DNA from: Eledone cirrhosa
Lineage: Eukaryota
Assembly (NCBI GenBank): GCA_964016885.1
Contig: OZ024744.1
Coordinates: 130,200,001 to 130,264,000 of the forward strand
Length of the DNA: 64,000 bases
Direction of reading: 5' to 3'
In this document: piece by piece, positions 25,401 through 36,920 of the stretch
How the letters are laid out: the number at the start of each line of letters is the position of its first letter
How positions within the stretch are numbered: position 1 is the stretch's first letter
Notes under the pieces: generated by a model
The model's database searches: none
Told to the model about the DNA's origin: nothing
What the model saw: only the letters and a program-made list of their open reading frames with translations
Made by a program: the position numbers and the translations under genes

Positions 25401-28400
25401 GGGGTTAAGTTAAGTTGGGGGTAAGATAAGTTGGGGTTAGTTAAGTTGCGGTTAAGTTAAGTTGGGGTTAAGTTAAGTTGGGGTTAAGTTAAGTTGGGGT
25501 AAAGTTAAGTTGGGGGTAAGTTAAGTTGGGGGTAAGTTAAGTTGGGGGTAAGTTAAGTTGGGGTTAATTTAAGTCAGGTCTAATTAAGTTGGGGTTAAGT
25601 TAAGTTGGGGTTAAATTAAGTTGGGGTTAAGTTAAGTTGGGGTTAAGTTAAGTTGGGGTTAAGTTAAGTTGCGGTTAAGTTAAGTTGAGGTTAAGTTAAG
25701 TAGGGGTTAAATTATGTTGGGGTTAAGTTAAGTTCGGGTTAAGTTAAGTTGGGGTTAAGTTGAGTTGGGGATAAGTTAAGTTGGGGATAAGTTAAGTTGG
25801 GGTTAAGTTAAGTTGGGTTTAAGTTAAGTTTGGGTTAAGTTAAGTTGGGGTTAAGTTAAGTTGGGGTTAAGTTAAGTTGGTTAGTTAAGTTGAGTTTAAG
25901 TTAAGTTGGGGTTAATTTAAGTTGGGGTTAAGTTAAGTTGGGGTTAAGTTAAGTTGGGGTTAAGTTAAGTTGGGGTTAAGTTAAGTTGCGGTTAAGTTAA
26001 GTTGAGGTTAAGTTAAGTTGGAGTTAAGTTAAGTTGGGGTTAAGTTAAGTTGGGGCTAAGTTAAGTTGGGGCTAAGTTAAGTTGGGGCTAAGTTAAGTTT
26101 GGGTTAAGTTAACTTTGGGTTAAGTTAATTTGGGTTTGAGTTAAGTTGGGGTTAATTAAGTTGGGGTTAAGTTAAGTTGGGGTTAAGTTAAGTTGGGGTT
26201 AAGTTAAGTTGGGGTTAAGTTAAGTTGCGGTTAAGTTAAGTTGATGTTAAGTTAAGTTGATGTTAAGTTAAGTTGGGGTTAAGTTAAGTCGGGGTTAAGT
26301 TAAGGTGGGGTTAAGTTAAGTTGGGGTCAACTAAAGTTGGGGTTAAGTTAAGTTGGGGTTAAATTAAGTTGGGGTTAAGTTGGGGTTAAATTAAGTTGGG
26401 GTTAAGTTAAGTTGGGGTTAAGTTAAATGGGGTTAAGTTAAGTTGCGGGTAATTTAAGTTGGGGTTAAGTTAAGTTGGGGTTAAGTTAAGTTGGGTTTAA
26501 GTTAAGTTGGAGCTGAGTTAAGTTAGGGCTAAGTTAAGTTGGAGTTAAGTAAAGTTAGGGCTAAGTTAAGTTGGGGTTAAGTTAAGTTGGGGTTAATTTA
26601 AGTTGGGGTTACATTAAGATGAGGTTAAGTTAAGTTGGTGTTAAGTTAAGTTGGGGTTAATTTAAGTTGGGGTTAATTAAGTTGGGGTTAAGTTAAGTTG
26701 GGGTTAAGTTAAGTTGGGGTTAATTTCAGTTGGGGTTGAGTTAAGTTGGGGTTAAGTTTAGTTGGGGTTAAGTTAAGTTGGGGTTGAGTTAAGTTGGGGT
26801 TAAGTTAAGTTGGGGCTAAGTTAAGTTCGGGTTAAGTTAAGTTGGTGTTAAGTTAAGTTGGGGTTAAATTAAGTTGGGGCTAAGTTAAGTTGGGTCTAAG
26901 TTAAGTTGGGGTTAAGTTAAGTTGGGGTTAAGTTAAGTTAGGGTTAATTTAAGTTGGGGTTATATTAAGTTGGGGTTAAGTTAAGTTGGGGTTAAGTTAG
27001 GTTGGTGTTAAGTTAAGTTGGGGGTAAGTTAAGTTGGGGGTAAGTTAAGTTGGTGTTAAGTTAAGTTGGGGTTAAGTTAAGTTGGGGTTAAGTTAAGTTG
27101 GGTTTAAGTTAAGTTGGGGCTAAGTTAAGTTAGGGCTAAGTTAAGTTGGGGCTGAGTTAAGTTGGGGTTAAATTAAGTTGGGGCTAAGTTAAGTTGGGGG
27201 TAAGATAAGTTGGGGTTAGTTAAGTTGCGGTTAAGTTAAGTTGGGGTTAAGTTAAGTTGGGGTTAAGTTGAGTTGGGGTAAAGTTAAGTTGGGGTCAAGT
27301 TAAGTTGGGGTTAATTTAAGTTGGGGTTAAGTTAAGTTGGGGTTAATTTAAGTTGGGGTTAATTTAAGTTGGGGTTAAGTTAAGTTGGGGTTAAGTTAAG
27401 TTGGGGTTAAGTTAAGTTGGGGGTAAGTTAAGTTGGGGTTAAGTTAAGTTGGGGTTAAGTTGGGGTTAAGTTAAGTTAGGGTTAATTTAAGTTGGGGTTA
27501 ATTTAAGTTGGGGTTGAGTTAAGTTGGGGTTAAGTTAAGTTGGGGTTAAGTTAAATTCGGGTTAAGTTAAGTTGGTGTTAAGTTAAGTTGGGGTTAAGTT
27601 AAGTTGGGGCTAAGTTAAGTTGGGGTTAAGTTAAGTTGGGGTTAAGTTAAGTTAGGGTTAATTTAAGTTGGGGTTATGTTAAGTTGGGGTTAAGTTAAGT
27701 TGGGGTTAAGTTAAGTTGGGGCTAAGTTAAGTTGGGGTTTAGTTAAGTTGGGGTTAAGTTAAGGTGGGGTTAAGTTAAGTTGGGGTCAACTAAAGTTGGG
27801 GTTAAGTTAAGTTGGGGTTAATTTAAGTTGGGGTTAAGTTAAGTTGGGGTTAAGTTGGGGTTAAATTAAGTTGGGGTTAAGTTAAGTTGGGGTTAAGTTA
27901 AATGGGGTTAAGTTAAGTTGCGGGTAATTTAAGTTGGGGTTAAGTTGGGGTTAAGTTAAGTTGGGGTTAAGTTAAGTTGGGGTTAAGTTAAGTTAGGGTT
28001 AAGTTAAGTTGGGGTTGAGTTAAGTTGGGGTTAAGTTAAGTTGGGGTTATGTTAAGTTGGGGTTAAGTTAAGTTGGGGTTAAGTTAAGTTGGGGTTAAGT
28101 TAAGTTGCGGTTAAGTTAAGTGTGGGTTAAATTAAGTTGGGGTTAAGTTAAGTTGGGATTAAGTTAAGTTGGGGTTAAGTTAAGTTGGGGTTAAGTTAAG
28201 TTGGGGTTAAGTTAGATTGTTGTTAAGTTAAGTTGGGGTTAAGTTAAGTTGGGGTTAATTTAAGTTGGGGTTAATTTAAGTTGGGTCTAATTAAGTTGGG
28301 GTTAAGTTAAGTTGGGGTTAAGTTAAGTTGGGGTTAAGTTAAGTTGGGGTTAAGTTAAGTTGGGGTTAAGTTAAGTTGGGTTTACGTTAAGTTGGGGGTA

Positions 28401-28480
28401 AGTTAAGTTGGGGTTAAATTAAGTTGGGGTTAAGTTAAGTTGGGGTTATGTTAAGTTGGTGTTAAGTTAAGTTGGGGTTA
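18545..28480 (+). repeat. Tandem duplication, period about 4938-4986 bp (2 copies)
   Basis: gctgcg 18875/23813; gtcaggtct 20637/25575; ttgatg 21305/26243; ttacatt 21674/26612; gggtttacg 23399/28385. Confidence 0.9.
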
Positions 28481-30885
28481 AGTTAAGTTGGGGTTAAGTT
28501 AAGTTGGGGTTAAGTTAGGTTGGTGTTAAGTTAAGTTGGGGGTAAGTTAAGTTGGGGGTAAGTTAAGTTGGTGTTAAGTTAAGTTGGGGTTAAGTTAAGG
28601 TGGGGTTAAGTTAAGTTGGGGTCAACTAAAGTTGGGGTTAAGTTAAGTTGGGGTTAAATTAAGTTGGGGTTAAGTTGGGGTTAAATTAAGTTGGGGTTAA
28701 GTTAAGTTGGGGTTAAGTTAAATGGGGTTAAGTTAAGTTGCGGGTAATTTAAGTTGGGGTTAAGTTAAGTTGGGGTTAAGTTAAGTTGGGTTTAAGTTAA
28801 GTTGGAGCTGAGTTAAGTTAGGGCTAAGTTAAGTTGGAGTTAAGTAAAGTTAGGGCTAAGTTAAGTTGGGGTTAAGTTAAGTTGGGGTTAATTTAAGTTG
28901 GGGTTACATTAAGATGAGGTTAAGTTAAGTTGGTGTTAAGTTAAGTTGGGGTTAATTTAAGTTGGGGTTAATTAAGTTGGGGTTAAGTTAAGTTGGGGTT
29001 AAGTTAAGTTGGGGTTAATTTCAGTTGGGGTTGAGTTAAGTTGGGGTTAAGTTTAGTTGGGGTTAAGTTAAGTTGGGGTTGAGTTAAGTTGGGGTTAAGT
29101 TAAGTTGGGGCTAAGTTAAGTTCGGGTTAAGTTAAGTTGGTGTTAAGTTAAGTTGGGGTTAAATTAAGTTGGGGCTAAGTTAAGTTGGGTCTAAGTTAAG
29201 TTGGGGTTAAGTTAAGTTGGGGTTAAGTTAAGTTAGGGTTAATTTAAGTTGGGGTTATATTAAGTTGGGGTTAAGTTAAGTTGGGGTTAAGTTAGGTTGG
29301 TGTTAAGTTAAGTTGGGGGTAAGTTAAGTTGGGGGTAAGTTAAGTTGGTGTTAAGTTAAGTTGGGGTTAAGTTAAGTTGGGGTTAAGTTAAGTTGGGTTT
29401 AAGTTAAGTTGGGGCTAAGTTAAGTTAGGGCTAAGTTAAGTTGGGGCTGAGTTAAGTTGGGGTTAAATTAAGTTGGGGCTAAGTTAAGTTGGGGGTAAGA
29501 TAAGTTGGGGTTAGTTAAGTTGCGGTTAAGTTAAGTTGGGGTTAAGTTAAGTTGGGGTTAAGTTGAGTTGGGGTAAAGTTAAGTTGGGGTTAAGTTAAGT
29601 TGGGGTTAATTTAAGTTGGGGTTAAGTTAAGTTGGGGTTAATTTAAGTTGGGGTTAATTTAAGTTGGGGTTAAGTTAAGTTGGGGTTAAGTTAAGTTGGG
29701 GTTAAGTTAAGTTGGGGGTAAGTTAAGTTGGGGTTAAGTTAAGTTGGGGTTAAGTTGGGGTTAAGTTAAGTTAGGGTTAATTTAAGTTGGGGTTAATTTA
29801 AGTTGGGGTTGAGTTAAGTTGGGGTTAAGTTAAGTTGGGGTTAAGTTAAATTCGGGTTAAGTTAAGTTGGTGTTAAGTTAAGTTGGGGTTAAGTTAAGTT
29901 GGGGCTAAGTTAAGTTGGGGTTAAGTTAAGTTGGGGTTAAGTTAAGTTAGGGTTAATTTAAGTTGGGGTTATGTTAAGTTGGGGTTAAGTTAAGTTGGGG
30001 TTAAGTTAAGTTGGGGCTAAGTTAAGTTGGGGTTTAGTTAAGTTGGGGTTAAGTTAAGGTGGGGTTAAGTTAAGTTGGGGTCAACTAAAGTTGGGGTTAA
30101 GTTAAGTTGGGGTTAATTTAAGTTGGGGTTAAGTTAAGTTGGGGTTAAGTTGGGGTTAAATTAAGTTGGGGTTAAGTTAAGTTGGGGTTAAGTTAAATGG
30201 GGTTAAGTTAAGTTGCGGGTAATTTAAGTTGGGGTTAAGTTGGGGTTAAGTTAAGTTGGGGTTAAGTTAAGTTGGGGTTAAGTTAAGTTAGGGTTAAGTT
30301 AAGTTGGGGTTGAGTTAAGTTGGGGTTAAGTTAAGTTGGGGTTATGTTAAGTTGGGGTTAAGTTAAGTTGGGGTTAAGTTAAGTTGGGGTTAAGTTAAGT
30401 TGCGGTTAAGTTAAGTGTGGGTTAAATTAAGTTGGGGTTAAGTTAAGTTGGGATTAAGTTAAGTTGGGGTTAAGTTAAGTTGGGGTTAAGTTAAGTTGGG
30501 GTTAAGTTAGATTGTTGTTAAGTTAAGTTGGGGTTAAGTTAAGTTGGGGTTAATTTAAGTTGGGGTTAATTTAAGTTGGGTCTAATTAAGTTGGGGTTAA
30601 GTTAAGTTGGGGTTAAGTTAAGTTGGGGTTAAGTTAAGTTGGGGTTAAGTTAAGTTGGGGTTAAGTTAAGTTGGGTTTACGTTAAGTTGGGGGTAAGTTA
30701 AGTTGGGGTTAAATTAAGTTGGGGTTAAGTTAAGTTGGGGTTATGTTAAGTTGGTGTTAAGTTAAGTTGGGGTTAAGTTAAGTTGGGGTTAAGTTAAGTT
30801 GGGGTTAAGTTAGGTTGGTGTTAAGTTAAGTTGGGGGTAAGTTAAGTTGGGGGTAAGTTAAGTTGGTGTTAAGTTAAGTTGGGGT
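26290..30885 (+). repeat. Tandem duplication, period 2295 bp (2 copies, then a diverged partial relative to about 32,000)
   Basis: ttacattaagatgagg 26612/28907; gggtttacg 28385/30680; aaggtgggg 26302/28597. Confidence 0.88.
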
Positions 30886-33684
30886 TAAGTTAAGTTGGGG
30901 TTAAGTTAAGTTGGGTTTAAGTTAAGTTGGGGCTAAGTTAAGTTAGGGCTAAGTTAAGTTGGGGTTAAGTAAAGTTAGGGCTAAGTTAAGTTGGGTTAAG
31001 TTAAGTTGGGGTTAATTTAAGTTGGGGTTACATTAAGTTGAGGTTAAGTTAAGTTGGTGTTAAGTTAAGTTGGGGTTAATTTAAGTTGGGGTTAATTAAG
31101 TTGGGGTTAAGTTAAGTTGGGGTTAATTTCAGTTGGGGTTGAGTTAAGTTGGGGTTAAGTTAAGTTGGGGTTAAGTTAATTTCGGGTTAAGTTAAGTTGG
31201 TGTTAAGTTAAGTTGGGGTTAAGTTAAGTTGGGGCTAAGTTAAGTTGGGGTTAAGTTAAGTTGGGGTTAAGTTAAGTTAGGGTTAATTTAAGTTGGGGTT
31301 ATGTTAAGTTGGGGTTAAGTTAAGTTGGGGTTAAGTTAAGTTGGGGCTAAGTTAAGTTGGGGTTTAGTTAAGTTGGGGTTAAGTTAAGGTGGGGTTAAGT
31401 TAAGTTGGGGTCAACTAAAGTTGGGGTTAAGTTAAGTTGGGGTTAACTTAAGTTGGGGTTAAGTTAAGTTGGGGTTAAGTTGGGGTTAAATTAAGTTGGG
31501 GTTAAGTTAAGTTGGGGTTAAGTTAAATGGGGTTAAGTTAAGTTGCGGGTAATTTAAGTTGGGGTTAAGTTGGGGTTAAGTTAAGTTGGGGTTAAGTTAA
31601 GTTGGGGTTAAGTTAAGTTAGGGTTAAGTTAAGTTGGGGTTGAGTTAAGTTGGGGTTAAGTTAAGTTGGGGTTATGTTAAGTTGGGGTTAAGTTAAGTTG
31701 GGGTTAAGTTAAGTTGGGGTTAAGTTAAGTTGCGGTTAAGTTAAGTTGGGGTTAAATTAAGTTGGGGTTAAGTTAAGTTGGGATTAAGTTAAGTTGTGGG
31801 GTTAAGTTAAGTTGGGGTTAAGTTAAGTTGGGGTTAAGTTAGATTGTTGTTAAGTTAAGTTAGGGTTAAGTTAAGTTGGGGTTAATTTAAGTTGGGGTTA
31901 ATTTAAGTTGGGTCTAATTAAGTTGGGGTTAAGTTAAGTTGGGGTTAAGTTAAGTTGGGGTTAAGTTAAGTTGGGGTTAAGTTAAGTTGGGGTTAAGTTA
32001 AGTTGGGTTTACATTAAGTTGGGGGTAAGTTAAGTTGGTGGTAAGTTAAGTTGGGGGATAGTTAAGATGGGGTTAAGTTAAGTTGGGGTTAATTTAATTT
32101 GGGGTTAAGTTAAGTTAGGGTTAAGTTAAGTTGGGGTTGAGTTAAGTCGGGGTTCAGTTAAGTTGGGGTTATGTTATGTTGGGGTTAAGTTAAGTTGGGG
32201 TTAAGTTAAGTTGGGGTTCAATTAAGTTGCGGGTAATTTAAGTTGGGGTTAAGTTAAGTTGGGGGTACGTTAAGTTGGGGGTAAGTTAAGTTGGGGTTAA
32301 GTTAAGTTGGGGTTACGTTAAGTCGGGGTTAATTTAAGTTGCGGTTAAGTTAAGTTGGGGTTAAGTTAAGTTGGGGTTAAGTTAAGTTGGGATTAAGTTA
32401 AGATGGGGTTAAGTTAAGTTGGGGTTGAGTTAAGTTGGGGTTAAGTTAGATTGTTGTTAAGTTATTTTGGGGTTAAGTTAAGTTGGGGTTAAGTTAAGTT
32501 GGGGTTAATTTAAGTTGGGGTTAAGTTAAGTGGGGGTTAAGTTGAGTTGGGGTTAAGTTAAGTTGGGGTTAAGTTAAGTTGGGGTTAAGTTAAGTTGGGG
32601 TTAAGATAAGTTGGGGCTAAGTTAAGTTGGGGTTGAGTTAAGTTCGGGTTGAGTTAATTTGGGGTTAGCTTAAGTTGGGGTTAACTTAAGTTGGGATTAA
32701 GTTAAGTTGGGGTTAAGTTAAGTTGGGGTTAAATTAAGTTCGGGTTAAGTTAAGTTGGGGTTAAGTTAAGTTGGGGTTAAGTTAAGTTGGGGTTAAGTTA
32801 AGTTGGGGTTAAGTTAGGTTGGGGTTAAGTTATGTTGGGGGTAAGTTAAGTTGGGGGTAAGTTAAGTTGGGGGTAAGTTAAGTTGGGTCTAATTAAGTTG
32901 GGGTTAAGTTAAGTTGGGGTTAAGTTAAGTTGGGGTTAAGTTAAGTTGGGGTTAAGTTAAGTTGGGGTTAGGTTAAGTTGGGGCTAAGTTAAGTTGGGGT
33001 TAAGTTAAGTTGGGGTTACGTTAAGTTGGGGGTAAGTTAAGTTGGTGGTAAGTTAAGTTGGGGATAAGTTAAGATGGGGTTAAGTTAAGTTGGGGTTAAT
33101 TTAATTTGGGGTTAAGTTAAGTTGGGGTTAAGTTAAGTTGGGGTTAAGTTAAGTTGGAGTTAAGTTAAGTTGGGGGTAAGTTAAGTTGGGGTTAAGTTAA
33201 GTTGGGGTTAAGATAAGTTGGGGTTAAGTTAAGTTGGGGTTGAGCTAAGTTGGGGTTGAGTTAATTTGGGGTTAAGTTAAGTTGGGGTTAAGTTAAGTTG
33301 GGGTTAAATTAAGTTGGGGTTAAGCTAAGTTGGGGTTAAGTTAAATTGAGGTTAAGTTAAGTTGGGGTTAATTTAAGTTGGGGTTAAGCTAAGTTGGGGT
33401 TAAGTTAAATTGAGGTTAAGTTAAGTTGGGGTTAAGTTAAGTTGGGGTTAATTTAAGTTGGGGCTAAGTAAAGTTGGGGCTAAGTTAAGTAGGGGTTAAG
33501 TTAAGTTAGGGTTGAGTTAAGTTGGGGTTAAGTTAACTTTGGGTTAAGTTAAGTTGGGTTTGAGTTAAGTTGGGGTTAATTAAGTTGGGGTTAAGTTAAG
33601 TTGGGGTTAAGTTAAGTTGGGGTTAAGTTAAGTTGGGGTTAAGTTAAGTTGCGGTTAAGTTAAGTTGAGGTTAAGTTAAGTTGG

Positions 33685-36600
33685 GGTTAAGTGAAGTTGC
33701 GGTTAAGTTAAGTTGGGGCTAAGTTAAGTTGGGGCTAAGTTAAGTTGGGGCTTAGTTAAGTTGGGGTTAAGTTAAGTTGGGGTTAAGTTAAGGTGGGGTT
33801 TAGTTAAGTTGGGGTCAACTAAAGTTGGGGTTAAGTTAAGTTGGGGTTCACTTAAGTTGGGGTTAAGTTAAGTTGGGGTTAAGTTAAGTTGGGGTTTATT
33901 TAAGTTGGGGTTCAGTTAATTTGGGGTTAAGTTAAGTTTGGGTTTAGTTGGGGTTAAATTAAGTTGGGGTTAAGTTAAGTTGGGGTTAAGTTACGTTGGG
34001 GTTAATTTAAGTTGGGGTTAAGTTAAGTTGCGGGTAATTTAAGTTGGGGTTAAGTTAAGTTGGGGTTAAGTTAAGTTGGGGTTAAGTTAAGTTGGGGGTA
34101 AGTTAAGTTGGGGGTAAGTTAAGTTGGGGGTAAGTTAAGTTGGGGTTAAGTTAAGTTGGGGTTAAGTTAAGTTGGGGTTAAGTTAAGTTAGGGTTAAGTT
34201 AAGTTGGGGTTGAGTTAAGTTGGGGTCAAGTTAAGTTGGGGTTATGTTAAGTTGGGGTTAAGTTAAATTGGGGTTAATTTAACTTTGTGGTTAAGTTAAG
34301 TTGGGGTTAATTTAAGTTGGGGTTAAGTTAAGTTGGAGTTAAGTTAAGTTGGGGTTAAGTTAAGTTGCGGTTAAGTTAAGTTGAGGTTAAGTTAAGTTGG
34401 GGTTAAGTTAAGTTGGGGTTAAGTTAAGTTGGGGCTAAGTTAAGTTGGGGCTAAGTTAAGTTGGGGCTTAGTTAAGTTGGGGTTAAGTTAAGTTGGGGTT
34501 AAGTTAAGGTGGGGTTTAGTTAAGTTGGGGTCAACTAAAGTTGGGGTTAAGTTAAGTTGGGGTTTATTTAAGTTGGGGTTCAGTTAATTTGGGGTTAAGT
34601 TAAGTTTGGGTTAAGTTGGGGTTAAATTAAGTTGGGGTTAAGTTAAGTTGGGGTTAAGTTAAGTTGGGGTTAAGTTAAGTTGGGGTTACGTTAAGTTGGG
34701 GTTAAGTTAAGTTGGGGGTAAGTTAAGTTGGGGGTAAGTTAAGTTGGTGTTAAGTTAAGTTGGGGTTAAGTTAAGTTGGGGTTAAGTTAAGTTGGGTTTA
34801 AGTTAAGTTGGGGCTGAGTTAAGTTAGGGCTAAGTTAAGTTGGAGTTAAGTAAAGTTAGGGCTAAGTTAAGTTGGGGTTAAGTTAAGTTGGGGTTAATTT
34901 AAGTTGGGGTTACATTAAGATGAGGTTAAGTTAAGTTGGTGTTAAGTTAAGTTGGGATTAATTTAAGTTAAGTTGGGGTTAAGTTAAGTTGGGGTTAAGT
35001 TAAGTTGGGGTTAATTTCAGTTGGGGTTGAGTTAAGTTGGGGTTAAGTTTAGTTGGGGTTAAGTTAAGTTGGGGTTGAGTTAAGTTGGGGTTAAGTTAAG
35101 TTGGGGCTAAGTTAAGTTCGGGTTAAGTTAAGTTGGTGTTAAGTTAAGTTGGGGTTAAGTTAAGTTGGGGCTAAGTTAAGTTGGGGTTAAGTTAAGTTGG
35201 GGTTAAGTTAAGTTGGGGCTAAGTTAAGTTGGGGCTAAGTTAAGTTGGGGTTAAGTTAAGTTAGGGTTAATTTAAGTTGGGGTTATGTTAAGTTGGGGTT
35301 AAGTTAAGTTGGGGTTAAGTTAGGTTGGTGTTAAGTTAAGTTGGGGGTAAGTTAAGTTGGGGGGTAAGTTAAGTTGGTGTTAAGTTAAGTTGGGGTTAAA
35401 TTAAGTTGGGGTTAAGTGAAGTTGCGGTTAAGTTAAGTTGGGGCTAAGTTAAGTTGGGGCTAAGTTAAGTTGGGGCTTAGTTAAGTTGGGGTTAAGTTAA
35501 GTTGGGGTTAAGTTAAGGTGGGGTTTAGTTAAGTTGGGGTCAACTAAAGTTGGGGTTAAGTTAAGTTGGGGTTCACTTAAGTTGGGGTTAAGTTAAGTTG
35601 GGGTTAAGTTAAGTTGGGGTTTATTTAAGTTGGGGTTCAGTTAATTTGGGGTTAAGTTAAGTTTGGGTTTAGTTGGGGTTAAATTAAGTTGGGGTTAAGT
35701 TAAGTTGGGGTTAAGTTACGTTGGGGTTAATTTAAGTTGGGGTTAAGTTAAGTTGCGGGTAATTTAAGTTGGGGTTAAGTTAAGTTGGGGTTAAGTTAAG
35801 TTGGGGTTAAGTTAAGTTGGGGGTAATTTAAGTTGGGGGTAAGTTAAGTTGGGGGTAAGTTAAGTTGGGGTTAAGTTAAGTTGGGGTTAAGTTAAGTTGG
35901 GGTTAAGTTAAGTTAGGGTTAAGTTAAGTTGGGGTTGAGTTAAGTTGGGGTTATGTTAAGTTGGGGTTATGTTAAGTTGGGGTTAAGTTAAATTGGGGTT
36001 AATTTAACTTTGTGGTTAAGTTAAGTTGGGGTTAATTTAAGTTGGGGTTAAGTTAAGTTGGAGTTAAGTTAAGTTGGGGTTAAGTTAAGTTGGGGTTAAT
36101 TTAAGTTGCGGTTAAGTTAAGTTGAGGTTAAGTTAAGTTGGGGTTAAGTTAAGTTGGGGTTAAGTTAAGTTGGGGCTAAGTTAAGTTGGGGCTAAGTTAA
36201 GTTGGGGCTTAGTTAAGTTGGGGTTAAGTTAAGTTGGGGTTAAGTTAAGGTGGGGTTTAGTTAAGTTGGGGTCAACTAAAGTTGGGGTTAAGTTAAGTTG
36301 GGGTTTATTTAAGTTGGGGTTCAGTTAATTTGGGGTTAAGTTAAGTTTGGGTTAAGTTGGGGTTAAATTAAGTTGGGGTTAAGTTAAGTTGGGGTTAAGT
36401 TAAGTTGGGGTTAAGTTAAGTTGGGGTTAAGTTAAGTTGGGGTTAAGTTAAGTTGGGGGTAAGTTAAGTTGGGGGTAAGTTAAGTTGGTGTTAAGTTAAG
36501 TTGGGGTTAAGTTAAGTTGGGGTTAAGTTAAGTTGGGTTTAAGTTAAGTTGGGGCTGAGTTAAGTTAGGGCTAAGTTAAGTTGGAGTTAAGTAAAGTTAG

Positions 36601-36920
36601 GGCTAAGTTAAGTTGGGGTTAAGTTAAGTTGGGGTTAATTTAAGTTGGGGTTACATTAAGATGAGGTTAAGTTAAGTTGGTGTTAAGTTAAGTTGGGGTT
36701 AATTTAAGTTAAGTTGGGGTTAAGTTAAGTTGGGGTTAAGTTAAGTTGGGGTTAATTTCAGTTGGGGTTGAGTTAAGTTGGGGTTAAGTTTAGTTGGGGT
36801 TAAGTTAAGTTGGGGTTGAGTTAAGTTGGGGTTAAGTTAAGTTGGGGCTAAGTTAAGTTCGGGTTAAGTTAAGTTGGTGTTAAGTTAAGTTGGGGTTAAG
36901 TTAAGTTGGGGCTAAGTTAA
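33685..36920 (+). repeat. Tandem duplication, period about 1725-1741 bp
   Basis: gtgaagttgcgg 33691/35416; ttcactt 33849/35574; ttacatt 34913/36654. Confidence 0.82.
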
